Assembly: GCA_016839815.1 (NCBI GenBank)
Contig: JAEOTM010000033.1
Location: 1 to 56,481 of the forward strand
Reading direction: 5' to 3'
Source of the DNA: Candidatus Hodarchaeota archaeon
GTDB taxonomy: Archaea; Asgardarchaeota; Heimdallarchaeia; Hodarchaeales; Hodarchaeaceae
Length of the DNA stretch: 56,481 nucleotides
Shown here: piece by piece, positions 47,898 to 56,481 of the stretch
Numbering within the stretch: position 1 is the stretch's first letter
Layout of the letters: each line of letters begins with the position of its first letter
The notes under the pieces: model-generated
What the model was told of the DNA's origin: nothing
Databases searched by the model: none
Seen by the model: only the letters and a program-made list of their open reading frames with translations
Position numbers and translations under genes: made by a program

Positions 47898-48206
47898 CTG
47901 TCAACCACAACAGAAAAACCACCAATAACGGTAATAACCAGATTTTTTGGTGCATTTAAGCAAGTTACAGAGAAAAGAGATATCGAAATCACACTTCCTC
48001 AAGGAGGAACAGTCGTTAATTTACTTGCTAAAGCTATCGGGGAGTTTCCGAAGTTACAGGGATTGTTGCTGGATGATAATCTCCAACTAGGTAGCTGGGT
48101 TGTTATACTGATCAATGGAAGAAATATGAGTATTTTTGATGGTATAGAAACACAATTAAGTGAGGGTGATGTGGTTGCCATCTTTCCTCCTGTTGCTGGA
48201 GGTTAA
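47898..48206 (+). CDS. MoaD/SAMP ubiquitin-like sulfur carrier (not in ORF track; probable CTG start)
   Basis: Translates ...ITVITRFFGAFKQVT...VILINGRNM...LSEGDVVAIFPPVAGG-stop; GAGGG lies just upstream of CTG 47898. Confidence 0.88.
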   Translation: MSTTTEKPPITVITRFFGAFKQVTEKRDIEITLPQGGTVVNLLAKAIGEFPKLQGLLLDDNLQLGSWVVILINGRNMSIFDGIETQLSEGDVVAIFPPVAGG

Positions 48207-50068
48207 AATCGACGTTTTCTCCGATGATATAAGACGGGGATAAGAATGAAGCAGGAGAGGAGTGTTCTAAGCCACATAAATCCAGAAGTACTCGCTAAAG
48301 TAGGGAGTGCACTAGTAGTAGAATCTTCTGTCGTTGTAGAACTTGATTCACTCTGAGATGTTGGATACTGCTGGGAATTCTCAATATATATGGTAATGGA
48401 AGTTATAGTATACAAACCTCCAATTCTACTTACATTCATTGAGAGAGTATATTCTCCATTAGATAGGCCAATGATATATGCCCAGAATTCAATATTTCCA
48501 AAATCTAATGAGATGTTTGTTAAAACATTGTAATACCCAGTGCTATTAGAGAGAATAAAGAGTATAAAGGAGATATTAGATGATCTAACTGTAGCTGAGA
48601 CATGCATTAGGTCAGTAATTATGGCACCATTAGTAGGAGAATTAAAAACAAATTTTTCATTACCTGTTATCCAAAAATCCATATTTGCATAATTATTCTT
48701 TGCATAATTCATGAATTCATTTGTCAAGTCAGTACGGATGTTTGGATCTGATAGATAATCTAATTGGAGGATTGAGGCTTCGGCTATGGATATCTTCGGT
48801 TTACTCACCAAATTTGATATATAAAGGAATTCCGGCTCAGTAATTAGCATATTATCCTTAAAGGCAGAGACAAGAGCTTTCCAAGCACTGTATAATTCTT
48901 GATGTGAGTGTGTTACTGCTCCTTCAAAATAAAAAGTGACAATATCATATATTTCTGTAGCTAAATCAAAATCAAAAGTAATTCCTGTTATATTGTGCAA
49001 TTTAATATAATCTTCATATAAGTCCTGCCTTTCATAGCCATTTATCTGTAAGGACAACGAAAAAGCATCTTCAACAACAGGAATTCGATCCAGACTATTA
49101 TCTAAACAGAGGGCCTGACCTTCAGGTGATAAAACAAAATCAATAAATGCTTCAGCCTGAACTCTCTCTTCCCCACTTGCACTTGAAGCTATTGCAATCG
49201 GTTCCACGGTTATCAAGGATCCTCCGGTTGGAATGATATACTCACATGAGGGATTCATGAATTCTGCTTGATAACCATACGAATCTATGGCTAATCCTAT
49301 CGCATGTTCACCAGTAATCACAGAATCACGAACAGCAGAGGTATAATCGTAGATTTCGGCGTTTCCAGCCATTCTAGTAATTAGATTCCAACCAAATTCC
49401 CACCCATAATTCTGTAGAATAGAATGATAGATGTAAGTATTTGAAATAGACTCTGGTGCATTCGTCATGCCAAGAGCAACTTGATCGGAATCCAAAAAAT
49501 ATTCAGGAGAAGCAAGATCCTCCCAAGTTTGAGGGAGAGATAGGTTATTTGAAGTTAAACTATCATGATTTACGAGAAATCCATAAGAAGACAGACATGA
49601 TCCTACCCAAAGGATTGAGCCTGATTCATTAGTTCTGATTGTCTGAACTCCTTCAATATCATTTGTTACATTCGCATTTATATAATTCGTTAATGTTTGG
49701 TTCTCTATCGGCACCAAATAGCCCGCATCGGCAATTATATCAAAAATTCCCTGAAGGCCACCCCATACTAAATCTATTGAATAGGAAGGGTTAGCAATTG
49801 CTGATATCCACCTATTTGTATCAGAGATTTCTAACCATAATATATCATCCACGGCAGGATTTTGAGCAAGGAAAGCATTTTCAAAGGTATTATAGATATT
49901 TGAACTATATCGTGTAATAGCCTGTAGAACCACACCAGCATTGATATTATCCCCCGTATTGTAATAAACTTCTCCATTCCCTTTATTAAATGCCATAGAA
50001 AATACAAAAACGATTATCAGAGCAAAAATTATGATTTTTCTATGTTTCACTATTAATCTACCTCTCAA
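48203..50068 (-). CDS. ABC-type extracellular solute-binding protein (Fe3+/thiamine-like) with an Ig-like domain and CTERM-type anchor
   Basis: N-terminal signal; PQTWEDLA, AEAFIDFVLSPEGQ; Ser/Thr linker, TSGF, TM, RRKRRF. Confidence 0.85.
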   Translation of the reverse strand: MRGRLIVKHRKIIIFALIIVFVFSMAFNKGNGEVYYNTGDNINAGVVLQAITRYSSNIYNTFENAFLAQNPAVDDILWLEISDTNRWISAIANPSYSIDLVWGGLQGIFDIIADAGYLVPIENQTLTNYINANVTNDIEGVQTIRTNESGSILWVGSCLSSYGFLVNHDSLTSNNLSLPQTWEDLASPEYFLDSDQVALGMTNAPESISNTYIYHSILQNYGWEFGWNLITRMAGNAEIYDYTSAVRDSVITGEHAIGLAIDSYGYQAEFMNPSCEYIIPTGGSLITVEPIAIASSASGEERVQAEAFIDFVLSPEGQALCLDNSLDRIPVVEDAFSLSLQINGYERQDLYEDYIKLHNITGITFDFDLATEIYDIVTFYFEGAVTHSHQELYSAWKALVSAFKDNMLITEPEFLYISNLVSKPKISIAEASILQLDYLSDPNIRTDLTNEFMNYAKNNYANMDFWITGNEKFVFNSPTNGAIITDLMHVSATVRSSNISFILFILSNSTGYYNVLTNISLDFGNIEFWAYIIGLSNGEYTLSMNVSRIGGLYTITSITIYIENSQQYPTSQSESSSTTTEDSTTSALPTLASTSGFMWLRTLLSCFILIPVLYHRRKRRF

Positions 50069-50174
50069 AATATCTACTTGATTGGGAGTGTATCATTCCT
50101 TAAAAAACTAATGAGCCCAGATTTCCTTAGAAAAATGAGCTCTTAGGAAAAAAAGAAATGTGAAGGAGGGGATC

Positions 50175-51512
50175 CTAAAGACGGGTGTCTGAGACTCCCC
50201 ATGTTTCCATTGCTCTAGCAAGCTCAGGATATTCATCTTCATGATCTTCCACATAATCCTCAAAATCTTCTGAGGCTTCTTTCATATCTTTCATACCAAT
50301 ATCAATAGCCTGTCTAAATGCTGTAGCACCAGCAATTGGCCCATCGGGATGTGCATGAATTCCACCTCCAGAACCAATCATACAATCATTTCCAAGATCT
50401 TGCATGACCCGTAACACCATACCAGGAGTAATTCCGCCACTAGGCATGGGTAAAACGGGTTTAAGATGATGCATTCTATATCGATGAGCTTTCGCTATTT
50501 CCATATATCTCTCCTTCAAATAGGGGGCTTTTCCGTAAGGAGCAGGATAAACAACAGTATCAGCACCAGCTAATCGGGCGAGCTTTCCCATAATTAAAAA
50601 TGAAGAGACACCTGAAAAAGGAGATTCATAGAATGCTCCTGCGAAATCCATGTGTCCTAAGATTGGAAGCTTAATTTCTGGATCTTCAGCAAGCATACGT
50701 AAAGCTGGAAACCCAACAACTAAATAATTAAGCATCAGTGCATTTCCTCCGGCATCTTGTACGGCTAGAGCGTTCTCTTTCAATTTCATGATTTTATCCG
50801 TTATGTTAACGGTATATAAGGTCTCCTCACCAATTTCATCTCGGACTTTGTCTACTGCTTCCATCATAAGAGGGACACGATCAGCTACACGATTATAATC
50901 CATGTCTGCTATTAATTCATCGTCTTTAACTATGTCACACCCACCTTTAGCAGCAGCATAGAATAATTGAGCACCTACTTCCGGTGTCCATCCGCTACAT
51001 GGTTTAATCATATTGTTCAAGAGAGGTCTATCTGGTACCTTAAGCAGTTTACGGATACCTTCAATTCCGAACTTCGGCCCTTGGAAATTTTTGATCCAAT
51101 TTTTTGGAAAACGCAGATCAAGCATTTTCAGCTTACCTCCCATCGAAATATTTCCAATGGTGGCAGTAAGCATTAGACCTATTTGATCGGTTTGATTAAT
51201 TGTTGGAAAGGCGATTTGATAAATAAAATTTCGTTCTTCTACACCTTTTGGAATTTCAAATTCGTGAGATGGCACTTCATAAATCCCAAGTACCTTTGCT
51301 CCATATTTTGAGCGTAACTCAGGAGTATTAGCTGGAACAGGAACCCACGTTCCTGTACTTTGTTCACAGGCTGCTGCACGTCCCATATACCACGGATCCA
51401 TTCTAGGACCTAACTGAACCATATAGGTTCCAATTATATACTCTTCAGGGTTAAGTCCTTCTTGAAGAGCTTCTTCTATCGGATCATACTGTGCAAAAAT
51501 ATCTTTAGGCAT
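50175..51512 (-). CDS. RuBisCO-like protein (form IV)
   Basis: EQSTGTW, GPKFGIEG, IKPCSG, KDDE, SGG, GGGIHAHP; several carboxylase residues are substituted. Confidence 0.9.
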   Translation of the reverse strand: MPKDIFAQYDPIEEALQEGLNPEEYIIGTYMVQLGPRMDPWYMGRAAACEQSTGTWVPVPANTPELRSKYGAKVLGIYEVPSHEFEIPKGVEERNFIYQIAFPTINQTDQIGLMLTATIGNISMGGKLKMLDLRFPKNWIKNFQGPKFGIEGIRKLLKVPDRPLLNNMIKPCSGWTPEVGAQLFYAAAKGGCDIVKDDELIADMDYNRVADRVPLMMEAVDKVRDEIGEETLYTVNITDKIMKLKENALAVQDAGGNALMLNYLVVGFPALRMLAEDPEIKLPILGHMDFAGAFYESPFSGVSSFLIMGKLARLAGADTVVYPAPYGKAPYLKERYMEIAKAHRYRMHHLKPVLPMPSGGITPGMVLRVMQDLGNDCMIGSGGGIHAHPDGPIAGATAFRQAIDIGMKDMKEASEDFEDYVEDHEDEYPELARAMETWGVSDTRL

Positions 51513-51668
51513 CGTTTTACCTCATTTATTCATCATTAGGTTTGAATTTAACGTATTATATTCTTGTGATAAATCTTATGCTTAGTTTTCCCTTCTCCCT
51601 TATTTCCTAGAAAACTTGTACAAGGTGAGTTCTAATCTCGGAAGGAGAATATTATCAACTTTTTAAGG

Positions 51669-51818
51669 TTAATCATACTTTAATGGTTCTGGTAAATCAG
51701 GATCGTTGATATTTCTAGAATTTTCTAATCGCAGTCGACATTCAAAGCACATTCCAGAGATATGATGACGAGTCATTAAGCGACCACATTTTTTGCATGG
51801 ACCAAGGACTGTACCCAT
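51669..51818 (-). CDS. 49-aa C4 zinc-finger microprotein (not in ORF track)
   Basis: MGTVLGPCKKCGRLMTRHHISGMCFECRLRLE...; GGTGG SD upstream of ATG 51818. Confidence 0.7.
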   Translation of the reverse strand: MGTVLGPCKKCGRLMTRHHISGMCFECRLRLENSRNINDPDLPEPLKYD

Positions 51819-51876
51819 TCAAAAACCACCTTTATACATGAGGGATGATCAAGTTATTCATTGAGGATTTGAGTTA

Positions 51877-52536
51877 TTAATTGTTCGTCCGTCGCCAATC
51901 GAGCAGTCCTGTTTGTTCGAAGATCTTGAATATAGCTATTCCTAGATATCCACCGAGAATTGATCCAAGAATGAAAGTTAACACTATCAGAATAACATAA
52001 ACTTCTATGGTATGATCATATCCTAGAAATGTTTCTAATTGAATGATTATATTTGAAACAGCCGCTAGTCCTGCAGACACAGCTATACACATGTGTCGTA
52101 ACCTTTTTTCTCTGAAAAAATTACTTAAAAGAAAAACTGATACTTCAAACACGATAGCTCCCCCTGTCGCAATCAAAAGTGCGAAAATACCAAGGGTATT
52201 TCCAGAAAATAATTCTACTAATCCCTTTATTATTCCAGCAACAAAAACTGCTCCAATTTTTTCATTTACCCACAAATAGATTAGTACAAACCAGATAATA
52301 TGTAATCCTGCAAAAATTTGACCGAATCCAGGTATCCCCAATGGTTTGAATACTGCACGAATAAAATTGGCAATGATTGAGCTTGATAGACCTCCCAAAG
52401 CTGCAAATAAGGCTATTATTACTAAATCTGATGTTTCAAAGTAATAGGGTGTTTGTGGGGCTTTTTTTAGTTCCTTGGAGTTATTTTCTGGTTTCATCCC
52501 GTTTTTTATCTCCTCTGATGTAAGTTGTTTTCCCAT
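51877..52536 (-). CDS. ECF transporter S component
   Basis: FETSDLVIIALFAALGG; KIGA..AGIIKGLVE; about 6 TM segments. Confidence 0.75.
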   Translation of the reverse strand: MGKQLTSEEIKNGMKPENNSKELKKAPQTPYYFETSDLVIIALFAALGGLSSSIIANFIRAVFKPLGIPGFGQIFAGLHIIWFVLIYLWVNEKIGAVFVAGIIKGLVELFSGNTLGIFALLIATGGAIVFEVSVFLLSNFFREKRLRHMCIAVSAGLAAVSNIIIQLETFLGYDHTIEVYVILIVLTFILGSILGGYLGIAIFKIFEQTGLLDWRRTNN

Positions 52537-52556
52537 TGGGGATGTAAACTAATTCA

Positions 52557-54305
52557 TTATAAATAGTTAATATCCTTTGGAATTGAATATAGAGATTCAA
52601 GATTCATTTCAAGCTCGTCCTCCCACTCCCTAATTGTATTCTTTTTCTTTTCTACCTCATAACTGTCAGAAGAACATGAATAGAGGTCTTGATACGTCTT
52701 CTGTAGTTTAAGTGCAAGCTTTCCAATTGTTATTACAGATGTGAGTTCTCCTTGGTCATGGGGGATTCGGATAGGTAGATTCAAGATAGAATTTTGAACA
52801 AAGTGTGGAAAGTCTGTCCTATTTGGATCAAAAAACTTGGATTGGATATATCTCATCATCAATTTAGAATTCAATACTCCAAGAAGATACTCTAACGAAA
52901 TATTTTTGTATTCTGATGGAATTTTCTTTTTCATTTGAAATATATAAACCACTTGAGATACCCATCGGTTATCAAAGTCAATAACCCAGTTCATCTTATT
53001 ACCAGTCTTTCGAACTAACAATTTAGGACTTTGATACAACTCAGGGGTCTTATAATTAATGCCTTGACAGTCTGTGTTGATATATCGATGTTCATGTGTG
53101 AAATACCTTTGAACCTGATAACCAGCCAGAAAAGGTCTATCAATTTTGGGATTCTGTTGTGAATCTGTTACAATTTCCGAATGAGGATCTGTCGGACTTA
53201 CCAATTGTTCACAAGTCGGATTTGTGCACTTCCTCTTCAGACGTGGGGGTGGATTCCATTTCCCACAATTTGGACATTGAAGCACGCGGCCTTTTTTGCC
53301 AATTTCTACTCCTCTCCCATTAAAAACCAGTGTACCAAGAGTAGTAACCTGTTTTTGTTCATTGTGAAGATCATTTTCTACTGCTTGAATAAAATCTGTA
53401 CTAACTCCAGCAAAAATATCAAATTCTAATTGAGGATTCTTCAAGAAACGACTCTGCTTACATTGGTAAAAATGAACTTCATCAAGCTTTATTCTCTCTT
53501 CTATCAAATCAATCCGTTCTGTTTTCGAAATTTTTGATATAACTCTTACTAAATGTTCAGAATTGCTCTTTGTTTTTTTTAATATGATTATCATCGACGG
53601 TTGAGTAACCTTTGGAAAAATATCTTCTCCTAAATTAACTAAGTGAGTTATTTGGCATTCTTCTAATATTATCTGTCGAATTTTCATATAATTCGGATTA
53701 GAAAGCAATGTATTTGGTACTACAAATCCTAAAAAGCCATTTTCATGTAATCCCATTATACTCCTTTCTAGGAATAAGCTCCACGAATCCATTTGTGAAG
53801 TAGCCGTTTTTAGGTAAGTTAATTTGCTCTTAAAGGTCGAAAGATCTGCTCCCCATGGTGGATTCCCGAATATGACTTGAAATTTCCCTCTCGTCTTAGG
53901 AAAGTTGATCTTCCAGTTCATAAGACTTGAACCTTGACCTTCAGTCCCTGAATTTGGTATAATGTCTAGTGCATTAAATGATTTGATCGTTTTCATGGTG
54001 AAGGGATGTCCAAGTAACTCTCGACACATCTGCACCTTACTCGGATCAAGATCAATACCATATAAATGGGAAATGAGTTCTTCTTTACTTTTTTGTTTCC
54101 AATATGTTTCAAGATACTCTAATGCTGAAATGAGGAAAATTCCTTCTCCCACTGCAGGATCTAAGATAGCTAGATCATCTTTAAGATCGTTTTCTACTCT
54201 ATTAAGATAAGGGCCAATTGTGTTTTCAACAATATATTCGACAATAAATGCTGGTGTAAAAACCTGGCCCAGCTCTTTGATCTTATTGGGAAGATTCTGT
54301 TGCAT
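52557..54305 (-). CDS. Orphan gamma-class N6-adenine methyltransferase (M.TaqI-like) with a zinc-ribbon insertion
   Basis: GQVFTP, ILDPAVGEGIFL, GNPPW, YLLGVLNS, LPI; insertion CPNCG...CTNPTC. Confidence 0.88.
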   Translation of the reverse strand: MQQNLPNKIKELGQVFTPAFIVEYIVENTIGPYLNRVENDLKDDLAILDPAVGEGIFLISALEYLETYWKQKSKEELISHLYGIDLDPSKVQMCRELLGHPFTMKTIKSFNALDIIPNSGTEGQGSSLMNWKINFPKTRGKFQVIFGNPPWGADLSTFKSKLTYLKTATSQMDSWSLFLERSIMGLHENGFLGFVVPNTLLSNPNYMKIRQIILEECQITHLVNLGEDIFPKVTQPSMIIILKKTKSNSEHLVRVISKISKTERIDLIEERIKLDEVHFYQCKQSRFLKNPQLEFDIFAGVSTDFIQAVENDLHNEQKQVTTLGTLVFNGRGVEIGKKGRVLQCPNCGKWNPPPRLKRKCTNPTCEQLVSPTDPHSEIVTDSQQNPKIDRPFLAGYQVQRYFTHEHRYINTDCQGINYKTPELYQSPKLLVRKTGNKMNWVIDFDNRWVSQVVYIFQMKKKIPSEYKNISLEYLLGVLNSKLMMRYIQSKFFDPNRTDFPHFVQNSILNLPIRIPHDQGELTSVITIGKLALKLQKTYQDLYSCSSDSYEVEKKKNTIREWEDELEMNLESLYSIPKDINYL

Positions 54306-54413
54306 AGACTGCACACTACAATAGGAAAAAAGACATTGTGCTAGATTGGCTAGCACCTTGAATTGATAGTATCAAAAAAAGGGAGAAAACTGATTTTTCA
54401 TACCTGATAATCT

Positions 54414-54842
54414 TTAGGGCATTATATCAGTATCTTTGATCGTTTTGCGTTTTGCGTGACGAGCAATATCAACGGCGGATTTAGCTAATGTGTAACAATA
54501 TGCTTCCAATTGCTTATTCAGATATTCAACCGCATCTCCACTTACTCTTTCCGCACCAGCATCTCTAATTACACGTTCTACACGTGCTTTTGCAAATGCT
54601 TTAGATTTAGGTCCAGTTGGAGAGGATTTTGGAACTCCAATTTTAGAGACTGCGACTTTTATATCGTCACCCTGGACAGTTTTTCTACCCGCGGCTTTGG
54701 CGAAATCAATTGCAGATTTCGAAACACTCTTGCCAAAATCAGCAACAAGCTCATCCATACGTCCAATACTCTTTGCAGATACGCGTTCTGCGCCTGCACC
54801 TTTCATGATTGCTTCAATTCTTGCCTTAGCAAAGACAGCCAT
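54414..54842 (-). CDS. Archaeal histone doublet (two tandem histone folds)
   Basis: Two HMf-like folds, AGAERVS...AGRKTV and AGAERVS...HAKRKTI, joined by VPKSSPTGPKSK. Confidence 0.92.
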   Translation of the reverse strand: MAVFAKARIEAIMKGAGAERVSAKSIGRMDELVADFGKSVSKSAIDFAKAAGRKTVQGDDIKVAVSKIGVPKSSPTGPKSKAFAKARVERVIRDAGAERVSGDAVEYLNKQLEAYCYTLAKSAVDIARHAKRKTIKDTDIMP

Positions 54843-55094
54843 TTTTTCTTTTCACCTTTTTCCAAATTTGTTTTTGATTCGATATTCCAGTAATAGAATG
54901 CAAATCTAGTGAATCCTCGAATGAAAGCCATTTTTAAAGATTTACATTTGAAATTATTCGATCACTAATTGCTATACGGATTATATTTGGGCAGTGACTC
55001 CTATAAATGCTTTTCTAGATTTCTTTGAGATAAGACGTGGAGAGTATCCACTGAATCTCATTTCAATAAGAAATATGATAGAAAGTTATGAAGT

Positions 55095-56481
55095 CTATAC
55101 ACGATTCATAACCTTAGTTTGTAATAATTTTATAACATCTAATAACGCTGTTGCTATGATAACCGTTCCAAAGATTAAGATCCAGTGGAAAAATGAGAGT
55201 GGGGTTAGTTCGAAAATATTTGCTAAGGGTTCGATATAGACAATGAATAAATGAAGGATAAATGCTAACCCTACTGCCCCTATCAAATAGAGGTTGTTAA
55301 AGGGGTTTGTTACCCAGATACTTTGATCATCAGGAGCCCTTGAGACAAATACTTGAAACAGTTCAAAAACCACAGAAACCGTTAATGCTAAAGTCCGAGC
55401 TAAGACTAAATTTTCATCAGTAAATCCCTCTCCAAATGCTAAAAAGAAAATCATTGTTGCTAAAAATGAGATTATCCCTGCTACGAGTGAAAAGATTAAA
55501 ATTTCATTTAACATGTTACTTTGTCTCCCCCGCGGTTTAGAATTCATGATATTTGGATCACCAGGATCAATGGACAGTGCCAAGGCAGGAAGCCCATCAG
55601 TAAGCAGATTAATCCATAGAATCCCTAGAGCAAGATAAGGAGAAGGTAAGCCAAGAAGCACTGTTGCTGTGAATACCACAAGGATCTCGTCAAAGTTTGA
55701 GCTTAGAAGATAGCGAATAAATTTCTTCATGTTAGCATAAATAATTCGCCCTTCTTCAACTGCGCTGACTATCGTACTGAAATTATCATCCATTAACACC
55801 ATATCACTGGCTTCACGTGCAACATCAGTACCAGAAATACCCATAGCAATACCAATATCCGCTTTTTTCAGAGCCGGTGCATCATTAACTCCATCACCCG
55901 TCATAGCAACGACTAATCCGAATTCCTCTTGGAGAGTTTCAACGATTCTACGTTTAATGCTAGGAGAGGCACGTGCGCATACATCTAAATCTTTCAATAC
56001 TTCTTTAAATTCATCGTCACTCATTGCTTCAAGTTCACTGGAGGTATGTGCTAGATAAAATGTATCCTCATATGGTTTCAAATCGAGAGATTTAGCAATT
56101 GCCAATGCTGTATCCAATTGATCTCCCGTTATCATGATAATCCGAATCCCAGCATTTTTACACTTTCTGATTGCATCTTCAACTTCCGTTCGTGGAGGGT
56201 CAATCATTGCAATTAGTCCCAAGAAAGTCATTTCAGTCTCAACAGATTCTTCTGAAAAGTCCGTTTGGTTATTGGGAAGTTCTTTTTGTGCAACTCCGAG
56301 TACACGAAACGCTTGACTGGCAAGTTCAGAATTATTACTAATAATCTGCTGTCGTACCTCATCCGACAACGGAACTCGTTTTCCATCTAAAAATACATGC
56401 GTACACAGATCAAGAATTATCCCTGGTGAACCTTTCATAAAGGCCCATGTCTGTTCAATACCAGGCCTTTTTCGGTTAAAT
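55095..56481 (-). CDS. P-type cation-transporting ATPase (type II, SERCA-like), C-terminal part; start lies outside the window
   Basis: KGSP, DPPR, MITGD, MTGDGVNDAPALK, LWINLLTDGLPA. Confidence 0.93.
   Translation of the reverse strand, partial: FNRKRPGIEQTWAFMKGSPGIILDLCTHVFLDGKRVPLSDEVRQQIISNNSELASQAFRVLGVAQKELPNNQTDFSEESVETEMTFLGLIAMIDPPRTEVEDAIRKCKNAGIRIIMITGDQLDTALAIAKSLDLKPYEDTFYLAHTSSELEAMSDDEFKEVLKDLDVCARASPSIKRRIVETLQEEFGLVVAMTGDGVNDAPALKKADIGIAMGISGTDVAREASDMVLMDDNFSTIVSAVEEGRIIYANMKKFIRYLLSSNFDEILVVFTATVLLGLPSPYLALGILWINLLTDGLPALALSIDPGDPNIMNSKPRGRQSNMLNEILIFSLVAGIISFLATMIFFLAFGEGFTDENLVLARTLALTVSVVFELFQVFVSRAPDDQSIWVTNPFNNLYLIGAVGLAFILHLFIVYIEPLANIFELTPLSFFHWILIFGTVIIATALLDVIKLLQTKVMNRV

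Noticed and set aside
50175-51512. CO2-fixing RuBisCO (form III)
   Set aside because: The K177, R295 and H327 equivalents are substituted, indicating form IV.
1-56481. tRNA/rRNA genes, selenoprotein UGA recoding, IS elements
   Set aside because: No cloverleaf or GC-rich structural RNA, interrupted redox ORF or transposase was recognised by eye; tRNAscan/Infernal would be needed to exclude small RNAs.

Overview
AT-rich, gene-dense archaeal chromosomal segment, most consistent with an Asgard archaeon, probably Heimdallarchaeia/Hodarchaeales-like. This placement is inferred from gene content only: an archaeal histone, aIF1A, Dph2, tungsten AOR, XerA, an Arf-like GTPase, longin/uDENN proteins and a CTERM-type sorting signal. 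About 55 CDSs were found. I saw no rRNA, tRNA, CRISPR array or transposase. Housekeeping and metabolic genes include Sir2, AlaX-M, hydantoinase A/B, glycerate kinase, MenA, a split LKR/SDH pair, two orphan DNA methyltransferases, a form IV RuBisCO-like protein and a P-type ATPase. Several eukaryote-like proteins are interspersed: (i) two tandem PARP-type zinc fingers closely resembling PARP1 Zn1-Zn2, fused to a winged helix; (ii) a HEAT-repeat + mu-homology-like + Ig-like protein resembling parts of AP/COPI adaptors; (iii) a uDENN-like gene head-to-head with an Arf/Sar-like GTPase-longin fusion; (iv) a tandem-longin protein; (v) a histone doublet with altered tetramer interfaces; (vi) a small protein with two HMG-box-like repeats. 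A 9-kb divergent cluster encodes an FGGY kinase, a PLP enzyme with the phospho-lyase KIKPP motif, Fe-ADH, SCP2, AOR, an acyl-CoA ligase and MoaD. It looks like an uncharacterised kinase/phospho-lyase route from an amino-alcohol to an acyl-CoA. Three real ORFs are missing from the supplied track (1..312, 47898..48206, 51669..51818). All family assignments were made by eye from motifs; no database search was run.
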